From: Octopus sinensis
Lineage: Eukaryota
NCBI RefSeq assembly: GCF_006345805.1
Contig: NC_042998.1
Span: 46,314,001-46,378,000 of the forward strand
Direction: 5' to 3'
DNA length: 64,000 nucleotides
Made by a program: the position numbers and the translations under genes. How positions within the stretch are numbered: the first letter of the stretch is position 1; every line of letters begins with the position of its first letter. Below, one piece after another: positions 25,827-39,229 of this stretch. The notes below the pieces were generated by a model that was not told the origin of the DNA, did no database searches, and saw only the letters and a list, made by a program, of their open reading frames with translations.

Positions 25827-26230
25827 AATTATATGTAATTGTAAGATTCAAGGATCTAGGTGTAGGAAGTTAGTAAGCTTCAAGCAGTCCGTGGTTGGTA
25901 TAAAGAACAACTTTCAGGAACAATAATAGTTTATTGGCGTAAAAAGGTTGTAGGTTTTTCTCATGCCGCATTTCAATAAGCTGAAAAAAGTGTTTTTTAT
26001 AGTTCACGGTTAGCATCTAGGGTTGTTATGAATGCGAATAAAAATCCAAATTGAGGGAATGAAGCTGGTAAAAATCCAGGCTACATATGTCTCCTAGCTA
26101 GCAGATACTCGATAATAATAATTACTCAACGAGGGATGCTCCACTAGCTACTCATCAGACCGAAGATATCTTAGTTAAATGAAGGTTACATTGTCGTTAA
26201 GGAATTCGAATTTGGATATATATATATACA

Positions 26231-28842
26231 TATGAAAAATAGAAGTTGAAAATGCACTGAGAATAGTTAAAATGTTTTTCATTGATATATTTGAAGCTTT
26301 AACCGGTTTCAGTTTACACTGATTTTCAAAAAGTTCGAATAGAAAGACGTGGCTTATATCGCAGCTGACTAGTGTTTGAAGTTTGCCTTGTTTTTATAGG
26401 GCAAACACCACAAAAGAGATTAACTACCTATGTTACAAGATATGACACACTACGAACAGGTAAATAATTGCCAAAAATCAAAGACAATGACTAAACTGAA
26501 CACACTCATTCACAGACATCGGAAAGGTTTAACAAATAGAGAATGTGACTACCTAACTCATTTTGATTGCAAGACTAGCTACTTCCACGGTCTCTCAAAA
26601 ATCCATAAAAGTCAAACTATTAAGAATGCATGCAAAGAACCAATTTCAAGTTGCATAAACATACAATATCCCACCAACCTTAAATTTAGACCAATCGTAG
26701 CAGGCTCGAACTGTGAAACACACAGACTGACCAACTTTTTAGATATATTACTGAAACCTATTTTAAAATACATACCAAGTCTTGTGAGGGACGACCTGGA
26801 CCTGTTTAAAGCACCCCAAAAAACCTATATACCACAATCCCACACCAATATGGACTAGAGGTAATAAATTTCTGGCTTGAGAAATTCCCTCATGAAATTC
26901 CGGACAGAACTGAAAAGAGTTTCATCACTGAAGGATTTAAAGTTTATCCTCGAAAACAACTTTTTTTGACTTCGATGGCAATATTTACAAACAAATATCT
27001 GGGACTGCGATGGGTACAAAAGTTGCTCCGACGTACGTCAATCTAGTCTTGGCATACATGGTGGTTCAGATATATAGAGAATCTAAATCAATATGGCTTT
27101 AACTTCCACAAATATCCACTAGAAAACTGGAAACGTTACTTAGATGACTGCCTAATCCTATAGACGCATACATTTGAACAACTTGTAGATTTCAAAAATC
27201 TAATCAACAGCATAAGCAATGATATCAACTTTACCATGGAATGCAGTAAAACTCAACTACCATTCCTGGATATACTAATCCCCAAAAGAGATAAAATCAT
27301 CGAAGCAGATATTCACTACAAAGAAACAGATTCTAAACGATACTTACTATTCTCCTCACGCCATCCCTGACACACGAAAAATAATATCCCCTCTAATCTG
27401 GCAAGAAGAATCTGCACAATTGTCTCAAACCCTGAAACTCGCAATAAAAGACTCCAGGAACTAAAACAAGTACTACTTAAAAGACACTATCCATTAATTC
27501 TAATAGACAACAGAATAGAAGTGCCAAAGCAATAAATATCGAAGAATTTAGCTCCAAATACATCCAAAAATCTACACTTTATTACAACACACAACCCAAG
27601 AAACACAGAGGTTTTCGATATTATCCACCAGAACATCCCGCTACTAAAACAAGACCCAAGAATGAAACAAGCATTTGAAATACACAAAATAATCAAAAGT
27701 AAAAGACTGTCCCTTAAAAAATTCCTCACAAGCGCTATATTACCTTCCACAATTCCTACATCAACAGTCAAAAAATGTCGTCGCCCCAATTGCGGGTCCT
27801 GTATCAACCTTATTGAAGATAAAATAAACAAATTCAAATTAGGACAGACTTCTACCTTAAAAAATCACTTTATATGTCCTTTAAGGAATTTAAAGTACGC
27901 TATCAAATGTCAAGGATGTAATGAAGATTACATAGGTCAAACAAAGCTTACCCTAAGAAATAGACCAACCATTCGCCCACAACAAATACGAGACCCCAGT
28001 ACTAGACAGATTCCACTGAGTGGTCACATAAACATATGTACAAAAACTAAGTTCCCCAAATTCCGGGTTTTCCCACCCTACCTATGTTCAGTGAATATCA
28101 CAGATGAAACACGGATAAACAAAGAAAATACTTTCATACAAAAGTACAAACCAAGACTTAACAAACTTCAAGAGAGTACATACACAAATTCTCACACAAA
28201 ATTCATTCTGCCACTTATCATGAGGAAGCTATACAGCTAACAACTTAAATCTTAACCATTGGACTACATACAAACAGCTCCTGCCTACTCCCCCACCAGA
28301 CAGATTAAATTTGGAGTACCTAAACATGTTTACTCAACTGTGTCGGCCTTCGTTTTTATGCGCAAAATATACTGTCACGTGACACTAACGCACGGACGTA
28401 GTGGGAAACGTACAAAAGATTATAAACTTAATCATGTATCTATTCTCTACAAATGCTTGACAGAAAACATTCAGAGCATTTATTGTTTAGACTTATTCAG
28501 TCAACTGTGTCAGCTTTAACTTACGACGTCAAACAGTGTCACTTGATACTAACACACGGACGCAGCGGAGAACCTATGAAAATTTCTAAGATCAATCATT
28601 TGACTAACCTCTACCAATCAAATCCTATTCAAAACATATACGAATTTGAGCCATGAACTCCCTATAAAAACAGGGTAAACTTCAAACACTAATCAGAAGC
28701 AAGACAACTGCGACATAAGAAACGTCTTTCTTTTGAACTTTTTGAAAATCAGTGTAAATTGTGAAACCGGTTAAAGCTTCAAATATAATAAAAAATATTT
28801 AAACTATTCTCTGTACCTTTTCAGCTTCGATTTTTCCTATAT
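26231..28842 (+). mobile_element. Penelope-like element (RT plus GIY-YIG endonuclease), degraded, flanked by inverted pseudo-LTR copies
   Basis: LKFRPIVAG, GTAMGTKVAPTY, WKRYLDD, LPFLDI, CRRPNCGSC and YAIKCQGCNEDYIGQT motifs. 26231-26401 is the reverse complement of 28660-28842. Confidence 0.9.
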
Positions 28843-28899
28843 TTCTACCCGTGTGGAATATATATATATAGTCAGTGGATCATATATCCGAAAAAGAAG

Positions 28900-29420
28900 C
28901 ACACTCCAAGGTATAGAGCAGTAATATATTTACATGCAGTTAGATATATGTCCGGTCGTAGACCGACCAACGGTTTCGCATCCACAAAGCGCTTAGCTTT
29001 ATGGACTAGTCAGATTTTAATGGCGGCGGGCATATAATCTTTCTTCAAACCGGAAGTAGAAAACCGTTACGGTATGTTAATTTGTAAACAAAGAATAAAT
29101 TACCGTTACGGTATGTTAATTTGTAAACAAAGAATAAATTACCGTTACGGTATGTTAATTTGTAAACAAAGAATAAATTACCGTTGGAGGTTTAACCAGT
29201 TATTTCCCTTAGTCCAGTTCAGCAGGTGACGCTAGACTCTCCGTTCTGCCACTTGGAGCAACAAACACGAAGATCTGTTACCGCTGACCTGTCAACTCCA
29301 TGTGACCTGAATCGAAGGGTGAGGGTAGGCAAATATTCTTTCTCGGAAGGTAATTTCTTTCATCATTTCTTTCTCGCAGCATCTGATAACTCAGATGTAC
29401 ATCCATGAAACTTTAAGTAA
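28900..29420 (+). promoter_or_regulatory. Promoter-like CpG-enriched island (YY1-like and ETS motifs, downstream splice-donor-like sites)
   Basis: TTTTAATGGCGGCGGG (~29015), AACCGGAAGT (~29048), local CpG enrichment and GAAG|GTAATT near 29350; no assigned gene. Confidence 0.4.
29063..29185. repeat. Perfect 39-bp direct repeat, 3 copies plus 6 bp
   Basis: ACCGTTACGGTATGTTAATTTGTAAACAAAGAATAAATT at 29063, 29102 and 29141. Confidence 0.95.
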
Positions 29421-29524
29421 TGCTTGAGAAAGTCAGTCTACTTATACGTATATCTATCTTTCACAATGAGTGCTGACCGCTTTTTTCGCTCATTTGTACA
29501 CTTACCTGCTTGTATGTATGTATG

Positions 29525-29556
<32 letters not shown>

Positions 29557-29568
29557 CACACACATATA

Positions 29569-29621
<53 letters not shown>

Positions 29622-29720
29622 ACCGACCAGACCATCAGATGTTGTTACACATCGCTGGTCACAATGCGTTCGCATTGTTTTAGCCTTCGAATGACGCCAC
29701 CCCGCTGGCTAAGCGAGCAG

Positions 29721-29774
<54 letters not shown>

Positions 29775-30409
29775 GGCGCAGGAGTGGCTGTGTGGTAAGT
29801 AGCTTGCTAACCAACCACATGGTTCCGGGTTCAGTCCCACTGCGTGGCATCTTGGGCAAGTGTCTTCTGCTATAGCCCCGGGCCGACCAATGCCTTGTGA
29901 GTGGATTTGGTAGACGGAAACTGAAAGAAGCCTGTCGTATATATGTATATATATATATGTGTGTGTGTGTCTGTGTTTGTCCCCCTAGCATTGCTTGACA
30001 ACCAATGCTGGTGTGTTTAGATCCCCGTCACTTAGCGGTTCGGCAAAAGAGACCGATAGAATAAGTACTGGGCTTACAAAGAATAAGTCCCGGGGTCGAT
30101 TTGCTCGACTAAAGGCGGTGCTCCAGCATGGCCGCAGTCAAATGACTGAAACAAGTAAAAGAGAAAAGAGAAAGAGAAAGAGAGATACATATACATATAA
30201 GTGGACATCCATTATGCTAGAGGTAGACTCCATATGGATAAACCATATGAGATCTACCTCTAGCATAATGGATGTCCACTTAGTGGTCATTCCTCTTATA
30301 TGTATGTAATATAATTTTTCTTAATCTTCAGATTTTTCAATATGCTAGGCCACTAGTGTCAAATTGATATTAATCAAATTAATATTCAATTTTCCACCCT
30401 TGTTATTTA

Positions 30410-30447
<38 letters not shown>

Positions 30448-32040
30448 GCACACATATATGCACCCTTCTTTCATACGTATATCTACAAGCGCAGTGCTTA
30501 TCTTTTTTAATCAAATACCAGCAGTTTAAAATATATTTAACAGTTATTTAATCACTTGAAGAAATGTTGCAAACTCATTACATATTACTTGCTTTCTTTT
30601 TTATTGGTATCAACTATTGAGTAAAGGTCTATAATTCTAACAGATATTTGTTCAAAATATCCGGTATAATTCTAAAAGACCATAATCAGTTGTGTGACGT
30701 AAAAATCTCCGCCGTCAACTGCATATCTAACCATGGTATCAGTTAAATTAAAAATAATGAAGCATTCCAACATATTCACAGTTTTTGGTTATGGAATGAT
30801 ACATCGTCTAAAACAAAAAGAGGCTATATGTAGACGTGATATCGAGTATTTTTCCGTTTATTTCCTTTAGTTATCAGAAAGTGTAAAAAAGAGGTACTCT
30901 TATGTAATTTTATATCAAGGCTATCTTTAATTATATTCTTCCGAGATCGATAAAATAAATTCACGTGAAGTATTAATGTCGATATCATCGAATATTTTTT
31001 CTTTCTTTAAACTGTGCTCATGGATGACATCAATTTTTGTTATCTTAAACTGACAAACGCCAATGAACAATCGCTTCACGCTCAATATTGATGTCAGTTG
31101 TCCTTAGGATAATATATCAATATCCCTCTCCTTTTCCTTCACCCCTAAACTATGAGTGTTTTGTGCCTTATTAAAAAGAAATCGTTATTATTTATCTCTA
31201 TAGGACAGTGAGCTAGAAGACTCGTCAAAACGCCGGACAATATGCTCAGCGGTATTTCTTCTGGCTTTACGTTCTGAGTTCAGTATCTGTCGAAGTCGAC
31301 TTTATATTTTATTCTCTAGGGGTCAATGAAAGTATCAGTTGAACACTGATGTCGATGTAACCGACTCACCCAGCCCTTTAGTCAGAATTTGAAAGTATCA
31401 TAATTTATGTCTGCAGGGCAGCACGCTGGGTAATGCTCAATGACATTTCTTCCAGTTTTACTTTCTGAGTTCAGTTACCGTCAAGATCGGCTTTGCATTT
31501 TATCCTTTCGGGGTCGATAAAATGAGTACCAGATGAACACTGGGCGGAGAGGTGGGGTCGATGTAAACGACTAACTCCTTTCCACTAAAATTCCTGGTCT
31601 ATATTAGAAAAAAAATATAAATTATCTCTGTTGTCCGGTTAATGCTTTAATGGAAATAAGAAAACCCTTGTGAGATGGTGGCTCAGTTTAGATTTTCAAT
31701 CGTAGTCATTACACTTATCCCGAGGGTCTCCTCAAGAAAATGCATTTAAAGCCGAACACTCTATTTACTGTTTGTTGAAGAGAAATCCATATATAATATC
31801 TGTTTAAGATTATCGAAGCATTCCCAAACCCTGCACATTCACTTCCTTATTTGATTTATGATTCTTTAATTTGTGTCCAAATCACTAGTTTCTGATATCA
31901 CCAAAGTGAGAGACAAATTAAACTAGTGATTCAACTTTCAGACGTTGATGGAATCAGTTAACTGTTTTAATCTTTCGGCTGCTTGTCTGAAAAATAAGTC
32001 ATGATCATCTATCCTTTTACAATGGAAATCAGATATATAT

Positions 32041-32270
32041 TTCTTTACTACCCACAAGGGGCTAAACATAGAGGGGACAAACAAGGACAGACAAAGGGAT
32101 TAAGTCGATTATATAGACCCCAGTGCGAAACTGGTACTTTATTTATCGACCCAGAAAGGATGAAAGGCAAAGTCGACCTCGGCGGAATTTGAACTCAGAA
32201 CGTAACGGCAGACGAAATACGGCTACGCATTTCGCCCGGCGTGCTAACGTTTCTAGCAGCTCGCCGCCTT
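32041..32270 (-). mobile_element. tRNA-derived SINE family B; other copies at ~7975-8180, 15700-15870, 31205-31600, 39803-40400 (3 in tandem), 43030-43380, 44580-44958, 46255-46635, 52800-52960 and 54340-54520
   Basis: Head GGCGGCGAGCTGGCAGAAACGTTAGCACGCCGGGC...GAGTTCAAATTCCGCC; conserved core GACTTTGCCTTTCATCCTTTCGGGGTCGATAAA; tail AGCCCCTTGTGGG..TAAAGAAAT. Confidence 0.85.
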
Positions 32271-33051
32271 ATCAGATATAGCCACACAAAATTTCATTAT
32301 CCTTACCTGCAGAAAGCAGTTTTATATACCTATCAATCTTTTGATGATGAATGTCATGTTTGAAACTATTTTTGTTTGGTCGAGATGTGTCAAATTTATT
32401 GAGACAACGTAACTTGCAGAAAATACCAATTCAATTTTTTGGTAGACATTTAATGTCATTACTGGAATAACCATGAAATTTAATTTCACAGTTAAAAGGA
32501 TAACAGCGTCTCAACCTAGTTATGTTTAGTAATCTTTCTCACGTAATTTAAGGCTCAACATAAATATACACTGAACAGTAATGTTTATTGAAAGAAAGGA
32601 GAATGGAAAACAAAAATGGTAATTTAGAAAAGGCCGTTTTCACATTAGGTCTAACGTTTATTCAGAATTATTTCCTCTTTCAATTAATGTCAATTTATTT
32701 GATCTTTCTTAAATGATTTTATTACAGTATATTCTTTAATAATTTTCATAAATTAAATTATTCATAATCTGAAGTTATATTTGAAGATGTTTTGTACATT
32801 AAACAAAGGAAATAAAAATGTTTTTATTTGAAAAAATTTCAATTCCAAATAGTAAAACAGTTAAAAAATGTTTTATATTTGCTGTCTTTGAATTCAAATT
32901 GTTTTTGTTCGACTGAAAATTCTGGTAGAGCAGAAAGAGTTTCAATTGTTATTTGAAAACGGCCCCATTCTGCAATGTAAAAAACAAAACAAAACAAAAA
33001 TTCTATAAACAACGACATTGTCAAGGATTCCTACGTATATCAACTAATTCC

Positions 33052-33293
33052 TTAACTCGACTTGAACATGTCACACAAGAGCCGCTCGATCGGTATATTA
33101 CCGATCATTCTACGAAAGAATAACTCTTCTAAGGAACGTGGGTTTATCATCCTTATGCTAGGGAGCAGCAGTAATAATTTGCCAAAGCGAGGCTGCATGG
33201 AAGAATGATGTCTTGAAGTGTAGTCACTTAACATTAACTGAGCTTGGTCTTGGAGACGGTCAACTTGTTTTGAATCTCGTAGTCCGCGAACCT
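33052..33293 (-). CDS. NR2E terminal exon (LBD helices 9-12, AF2)
   Basis: ttcgcag|AG GTT CGC GGA ... AAG TCG AGT TAA. Confidence 0.93.
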
Positions 33294-33426
33294 CTGCGAA
33301 AGATATCAAAAAAAAAAAAAAAAATGTCAGCATACATCATTTGAAGATAGCGATTTTCTTTTAGATTTATCCGCCCATCCATTTACTCATCCATCAATCT
33401 ATCAATAACGCACGCACTCACGCACA

Positions 33427-33513
<87 letters not shown>

Positions 33514-33955
33514 CGCACGCACGCACGCACACATACACATACATACACACACGCACGCACGCACGCACACATACACATACATACACACACACATACATAC
33601 ACACACACACAATCACACACATCCACCAATAGAGTAGTTGGGGTGGAAGAGGTTCGCTTTTCAGGCGACGCTTTTATAGGGTCGGCAATTTGGGGTTTTC
33701 TATATAAGCCTGTATAAGCTTGAAGGCCTGAAGACAGGGCGGCAAAGACAAGGGACGCCTCATGCAGAACGCACACACGTTTGGCTGCAACAGAATTTGG
33801 GAATCTATTAACCAATTTGAATTTGAGTGTTCTTGCGTTCTAACAACTCGTCGTGTAACTGGGGGAAAAGTAATATATTTTCCTTCAGATATATGAAGGG
33901 AGGGATTTCTATTACTTTCAGCTTATGCAGTAACCACCGTCGGAATAAGGAAGCG

Positions 33956-33994
<39 letters not shown>

Positions 33995-34573
33995 TATTAT
34001 TATTATTATTATTATTATTGAGTAAGAGACCAGTGCATGCCATCAAAGTGACACTGGGGTAAAATATACGAAGCCCAGTATACCCATCATGACTACCCGG
34101 CTGATAAGAGTACACTAGGCATATGCATCACAACCATGTGTGCGCGACATGGTGATCTCATATCAAAATAAACAGCGCATGACCTTGCAGGTGGGGCCCA
34201 GTTAGAATTTTCTTCTGGTCGAGTAGCCCATCCCGCTCAAAAGGTCCCTGAATAAGGATTGTTTAAGGATGTTGAACGAAACACCCATGTTTCCAAAGGT
34301 GGATTATTCAAACCTCAAAGAATCCCTCTCAGCACATGGCTATGATGCTCCCCCACTACTTCTGCTTATGATCAGAGATGCACATATCGTCAGCCACTAA
34401 GAGACATGCTCAACTGGTTAAGGTCAAACAACTGACAAGCAAATCTGTGGTATTGAGCAGAATATTTGCTGTAGCCCATCTTTTATACCAAGATAAAACA
34501 ATGTATATGATAACACTCCCAATCAGTTAAGATCAGAAGCCACGAGAGCCACTGCCTGGTACCGCACCAGGGC

Positions 34574-34631
<58 letters not shown>

Positions 34632-37600
34632 TTCAATTACCAATTTTGACGGAATGAACATTAATCACTATTTATGAGCTGTCAATTTTCGAATGTTAGT
34701 GTCGAAAAACCACTATAAATGTTTGAGTGGAGCTTACTTGAGTAAAATCACACACTCGATGAAATCATTCACTGTGTCACAAATTTTTTTTTTTTGTCTT
34801 TGATCAGTAAGTGTTATTTCCTATTTGCTTCTATCTAGAAATCAAAGCTAATGATTATTATTCTCTTCAAACTTTGCTTTTGTGACCCGGACCTCAATGT
34901 TTAGAAACTAACCTATTTTCCCATTACATTTCAGACTTATTCAGTGCTGAGTTGCTGAAGCAGGGTTATCGTTATAGCAAATATTCTGCTCAATATCACA
35001 GATTTGCTTGTCAGTTGCTTGAGCTTAACCACTCGAGCATGTCCTTTAGTGGCTGACAATATGTACATCTCTAATCATGAGGAGTAGTCAAGGAGCATCA
35101 TAGCCTTATGTTGAGAGGAATTCTTTGGAATTTGAATAAATGTAAGAAAAGAAAAGTTTGAAGGAAATATTAACTATTTTTCATACTTTCTTTGGGTGAG
35201 CGAATAGGAAATAACAGTTGCTACCCAAGGACAAAAATGCGTTACACAGTGTTATCGACACTCAATGTTTGAGCCAGCACAGATTACTGCAGTATGAAGT
35301 TGGAGCGATTTAGTTGGGCCTTGGCCACCTAGCCGCGGGTTCACATACATCATTACCTGCATTGATCGGTTTTCGCGTTGGCGTGAAGCCATCCTTCTTG
35401 CCAACATTAGTGCTGAATCCGTGGCACAAGCCCTCAACTCAGACTGGATTTCCCGCTTTGGTGTTCCGTTACGCATTACGACGGATCGTGGAAATCACTT
35501 TGAATTATGGCTGTTCAACCAACTTTCTGCTATCCTGGGAGTTCGCCATAGCTGTACGACTAGCTGCCACCCAGCTTCGAACGATATAGTCGAACGCTTT
35601 CACAGACAATAAAAAGCATCTTTCCGCGCATACTCTGATCCTCAAAGGTGGAGCGAGTACTTGCCTCTCGTTCTTTTAGGTTGTCGCTCCTTCGTGAAAG
35701 AGGACTTGGGATTATCTCCCGCGGAGTTATTATACGGATCGCCACTGTCTTTACCCGGCCAAATTCTGGTCCCTATGCAGTAGGAGCAGTGACACAATAT
35801 AATTTATGATCGTCTCATTATATTACAATGCTGAGATGAAATATATACTGTCAGCTTGAAAGAAGCAACGAGTTAAACCTCAAATAAATCTATGAATTAC
35901 TATATGAAAAGTAAATGCGTTCAGTGGTGCTTCTGATGATTCACGGAATATACGGATCTTATGTTTAACTATTAAGCTCGTGGCCTTGTGGTTAGGGTGT
36001 TGGACTCACGATCTCGAGATCGTGGTTTCGATTCTCAGACTGGTGGTGCGTTGTGTTCTTGTGCAAAACACTTTATTTCACGTTGCTCCAGTCCACTCAG
36101 CTGCAAAATCGCATTTTGTTCAAGGTGAATATTGGTCCGTCCGCTTAGCCAGCAGAATGGCATCACTCGAAAGCTACAACAACGCGAGGAAGTGCATTGT
36201 GACCAGCGGTGTATAAGAACATCCGATAGTCTGGTCGAAAGAGCGAAAGATTGATGTTTAACCTTACCTGGACGGAACAGAGTTATTGCTTTAAGACATG
36301 CGTATTCTGTTGCATCAACATGTAATTCGTTACAGCGATTGATTATATCTTGAAGCAGTCGGAGCTGCGTCATCATGAAAGCTGTTTTCTCTGCATGCTG
36401 CGTGTCCAAGCTCCAACCATTAGCTGTTAATAATGAGGCTACAATAAAAAGATATTATCAGTTGGCTTTTTAATAAACAGTGGAATATTTGAAGGTATCA
36501 AAATTATGAAAGTTAAAATTATGGAGGGGTAATTATTATCATCATAGAAAAGCTATTTTCAATGTCTGTTCCAGCTTCCTCTCTCTCTCACTCGTTCTCT
36601 CTCTATCGCTTCCCTTTTCTCTATTTCTCTTGCTCTCCTGATGCGCCATACCTACAAGCGTCAGAAATCAATGCCTTTTAGTTCCCTACACAACTAAGCA
36701 CCGTATTTTGCCCGTCTTTCTGAAAGCCAGCTGGTAAGACCATCGAATATCTCCACCTCTCTCTCTTCCCTGATTTCTTCTTCCTTTCAGTTTCCTAGCT
36801 GTCACCAACTGTTCAAGGCTTTTCCTTCTCATTTAGTGTCCAAAGAACCAAGTTTTTTGTCTCCTTATATTATTGAGAATCTTTCTTGTGGTCTTTGCTT
36901 GTCCAAGGAACTCAGTTTTTGTCACTCTATTCACATAGAACATCTTCAGTATTCTTCTAAAGAATCATATCTCTGTAGAAGTTTGTTGATTGATAGAATA
37001 ATTAGAGCATCGGACAAACGCCTAGCAGTAATTGTTTTGGCTCCTCTTTTCCAACCCACATCCTAAATTGCATAGAAGAATCGAAAACAAAAAGAAAACC
37101 ATCCGACTCATTGACAAAAGCTAATTCCCTAAGATACTAAAATCTCTCTTTCACTTAGATACAGCGTGTCCTAATTCTCTGTACCTTTTTATCGCATCTG
37201 CAGCAACTTTTGTTCCTCTGAACTAGCCAGTTGCATATAGCTTTCATTGAAGTCCATAAGCACACCTGTCTCTCCTTACGTTTTCCTTAAGCTTCCTCCA
37301 TACAGGCACCGCACTTCTCCAGATGTCAACCCTCCATCTAGAATTTCTTCAGAGCTCCTGTGTTTTTGTTTCCTTCTTACATCGATTTACAGATGTTTAT
37401 AATTGAACATCAAACGCAGTAAATAGTCGGGGGAAGTTCTGTGAAGGACATGGGCGCGGTTTTTTCTTAAATAAACCATAAATAACAAGAACATCAAATA
37501 CAGATAATGCAGGAACTATGAGAAGGATCACTATTAAGTTGTTGAGCATTCCAGTTGTTATTGAACACCAGATCAAGCTCGACTATGTGAAAGAACGTGG

Positions 37601-38490
37601 CCTAATGGTTAGGGTATTGTATTTATGATCACAAAACCGTGGGTTCGATTCCCAGGTCGGGCAGTACGTTGTGTTCTTGAGCAAAACAATTAATTTTACG
37701 TTGCTCCAGTCCACTAAGCTGTAAATGGGTAATCCATATAGGCGTGACTCAGTGGTAAAAAGTCTGCATCCCAGATTCAATCTCACTGCGTGGCGCCTTC
37801 GGCCAAAGCCTTGTGAGTGAATTTGGTAGACGAACACTGAAATAAGCCTGTCGTATATACGTGCGTGCATACATACGTTCGTATATTCATGCATGTGTAT
37901 GTGTGTGAATCTATATATTTGTGTTTATCCCCCGCTACCACCTGACAACCAGAATTGATTTGTTAACGTTCTCGTAACTTAACAGCTCAGCAAAAGGGTC
38001 CAATAGAATAAGTACTTGACTTAAGAAAAATAAGTACTGGAGTCGTTCGATTGCGGCCATGCTGTGGTTCCCCAGCATGGCTGCAGTCCAAGAAAAAAAA
38101 AAACTGAAATAGTAAAATAAAAGCATATATAACCAACTGGCACTCCGTCGGTTACGACGACGAGTGTTCCAGTTGATCCGATCAACGGAATAGCCTGTTC
38201 GCGAAATCAGCGTGCAGAGTGGCTGAGCATTCCACAGACACGCGTACCCTTAACGTTGTTTTCAGGGAGATTGAGCGTGACACGGAATGTGACAAGGGTT
38301 GCCCTTTGAAAAATAGGTACTATACATTTTTCTAGCTGAGTGGACTGCAGCAACATGAAATAAATCTTCTTGCTCAAAGATAGAACGCGCTGCCGGTAAT
38401 CGAATTCGTAACCTTACGATCGTGAATCGAATACTCTAAACATTAAGCCGCGAGTCTTCACACACACACGCACGCACACACACACGCACG

Positions 38491-38575
<85 letters not shown>

Positions 38576-38663
38576 ATATGTTGACAAATTTTTCCACTTT
38601 GTAAGGGTAATTTACCAAATATTTCATCTGTTCTAACGGCGTTTCTGCGTTCGAAAATAAATC

Positions 38664-38743
<80 letters not shown>

Positions 38744-38941
38744 ATACACGATCCCTATTGATCGGCCCCACTTTTCTTTCACGATCCCTTTTGATCGGAA
38801 TTTGACCCTTCCCCCCCTCTTCTTCCCAAAAAGAAAAGCTCTACTTTGTATTTTCTCCTTTCTGTGTTCAGCCCTGCGTGACCAATAAAGAAATCTATCT
38901 ATCTATCCATCCATCCATCCATCCATCTATCTATCTATCTA

Positions 38942-38995
<54 letters not shown>

Positions 38996-39188
38996 ATACA
39001 CGATCCCTATTGATCGGCCCCACTTTTCTTTCACGATCCCTTTTGATCGGAATTTGACCCTTCCCCCCCTCTTCTTCCCAAAAAGAAAAGCTCTACTTTG
39101 TATTTTCTCCTTTCTGTGTTCAGCCCTGCGTGACCAATAAAGAAATCTATCTATCTATCCATCCATCCATCCATCCATCCATCCATCC

Positions 39189-39229
<41 letters not shown>

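Noticed and set aside
26140-26170. CTGATGAG on the minus strand near the Penelope 5' edge
   Set aside because: No GAAA box or stems follow, so it is not a hammerhead.
33383-33622. ORFs of alternating VC/YI/TH and poly-V/T/Y here and at ~901, 38436, 51170, 52903, 54748, 57965 and 61246
   Set aside because: These are translations of (CA)n, (TA)n and triplet microsatellites.
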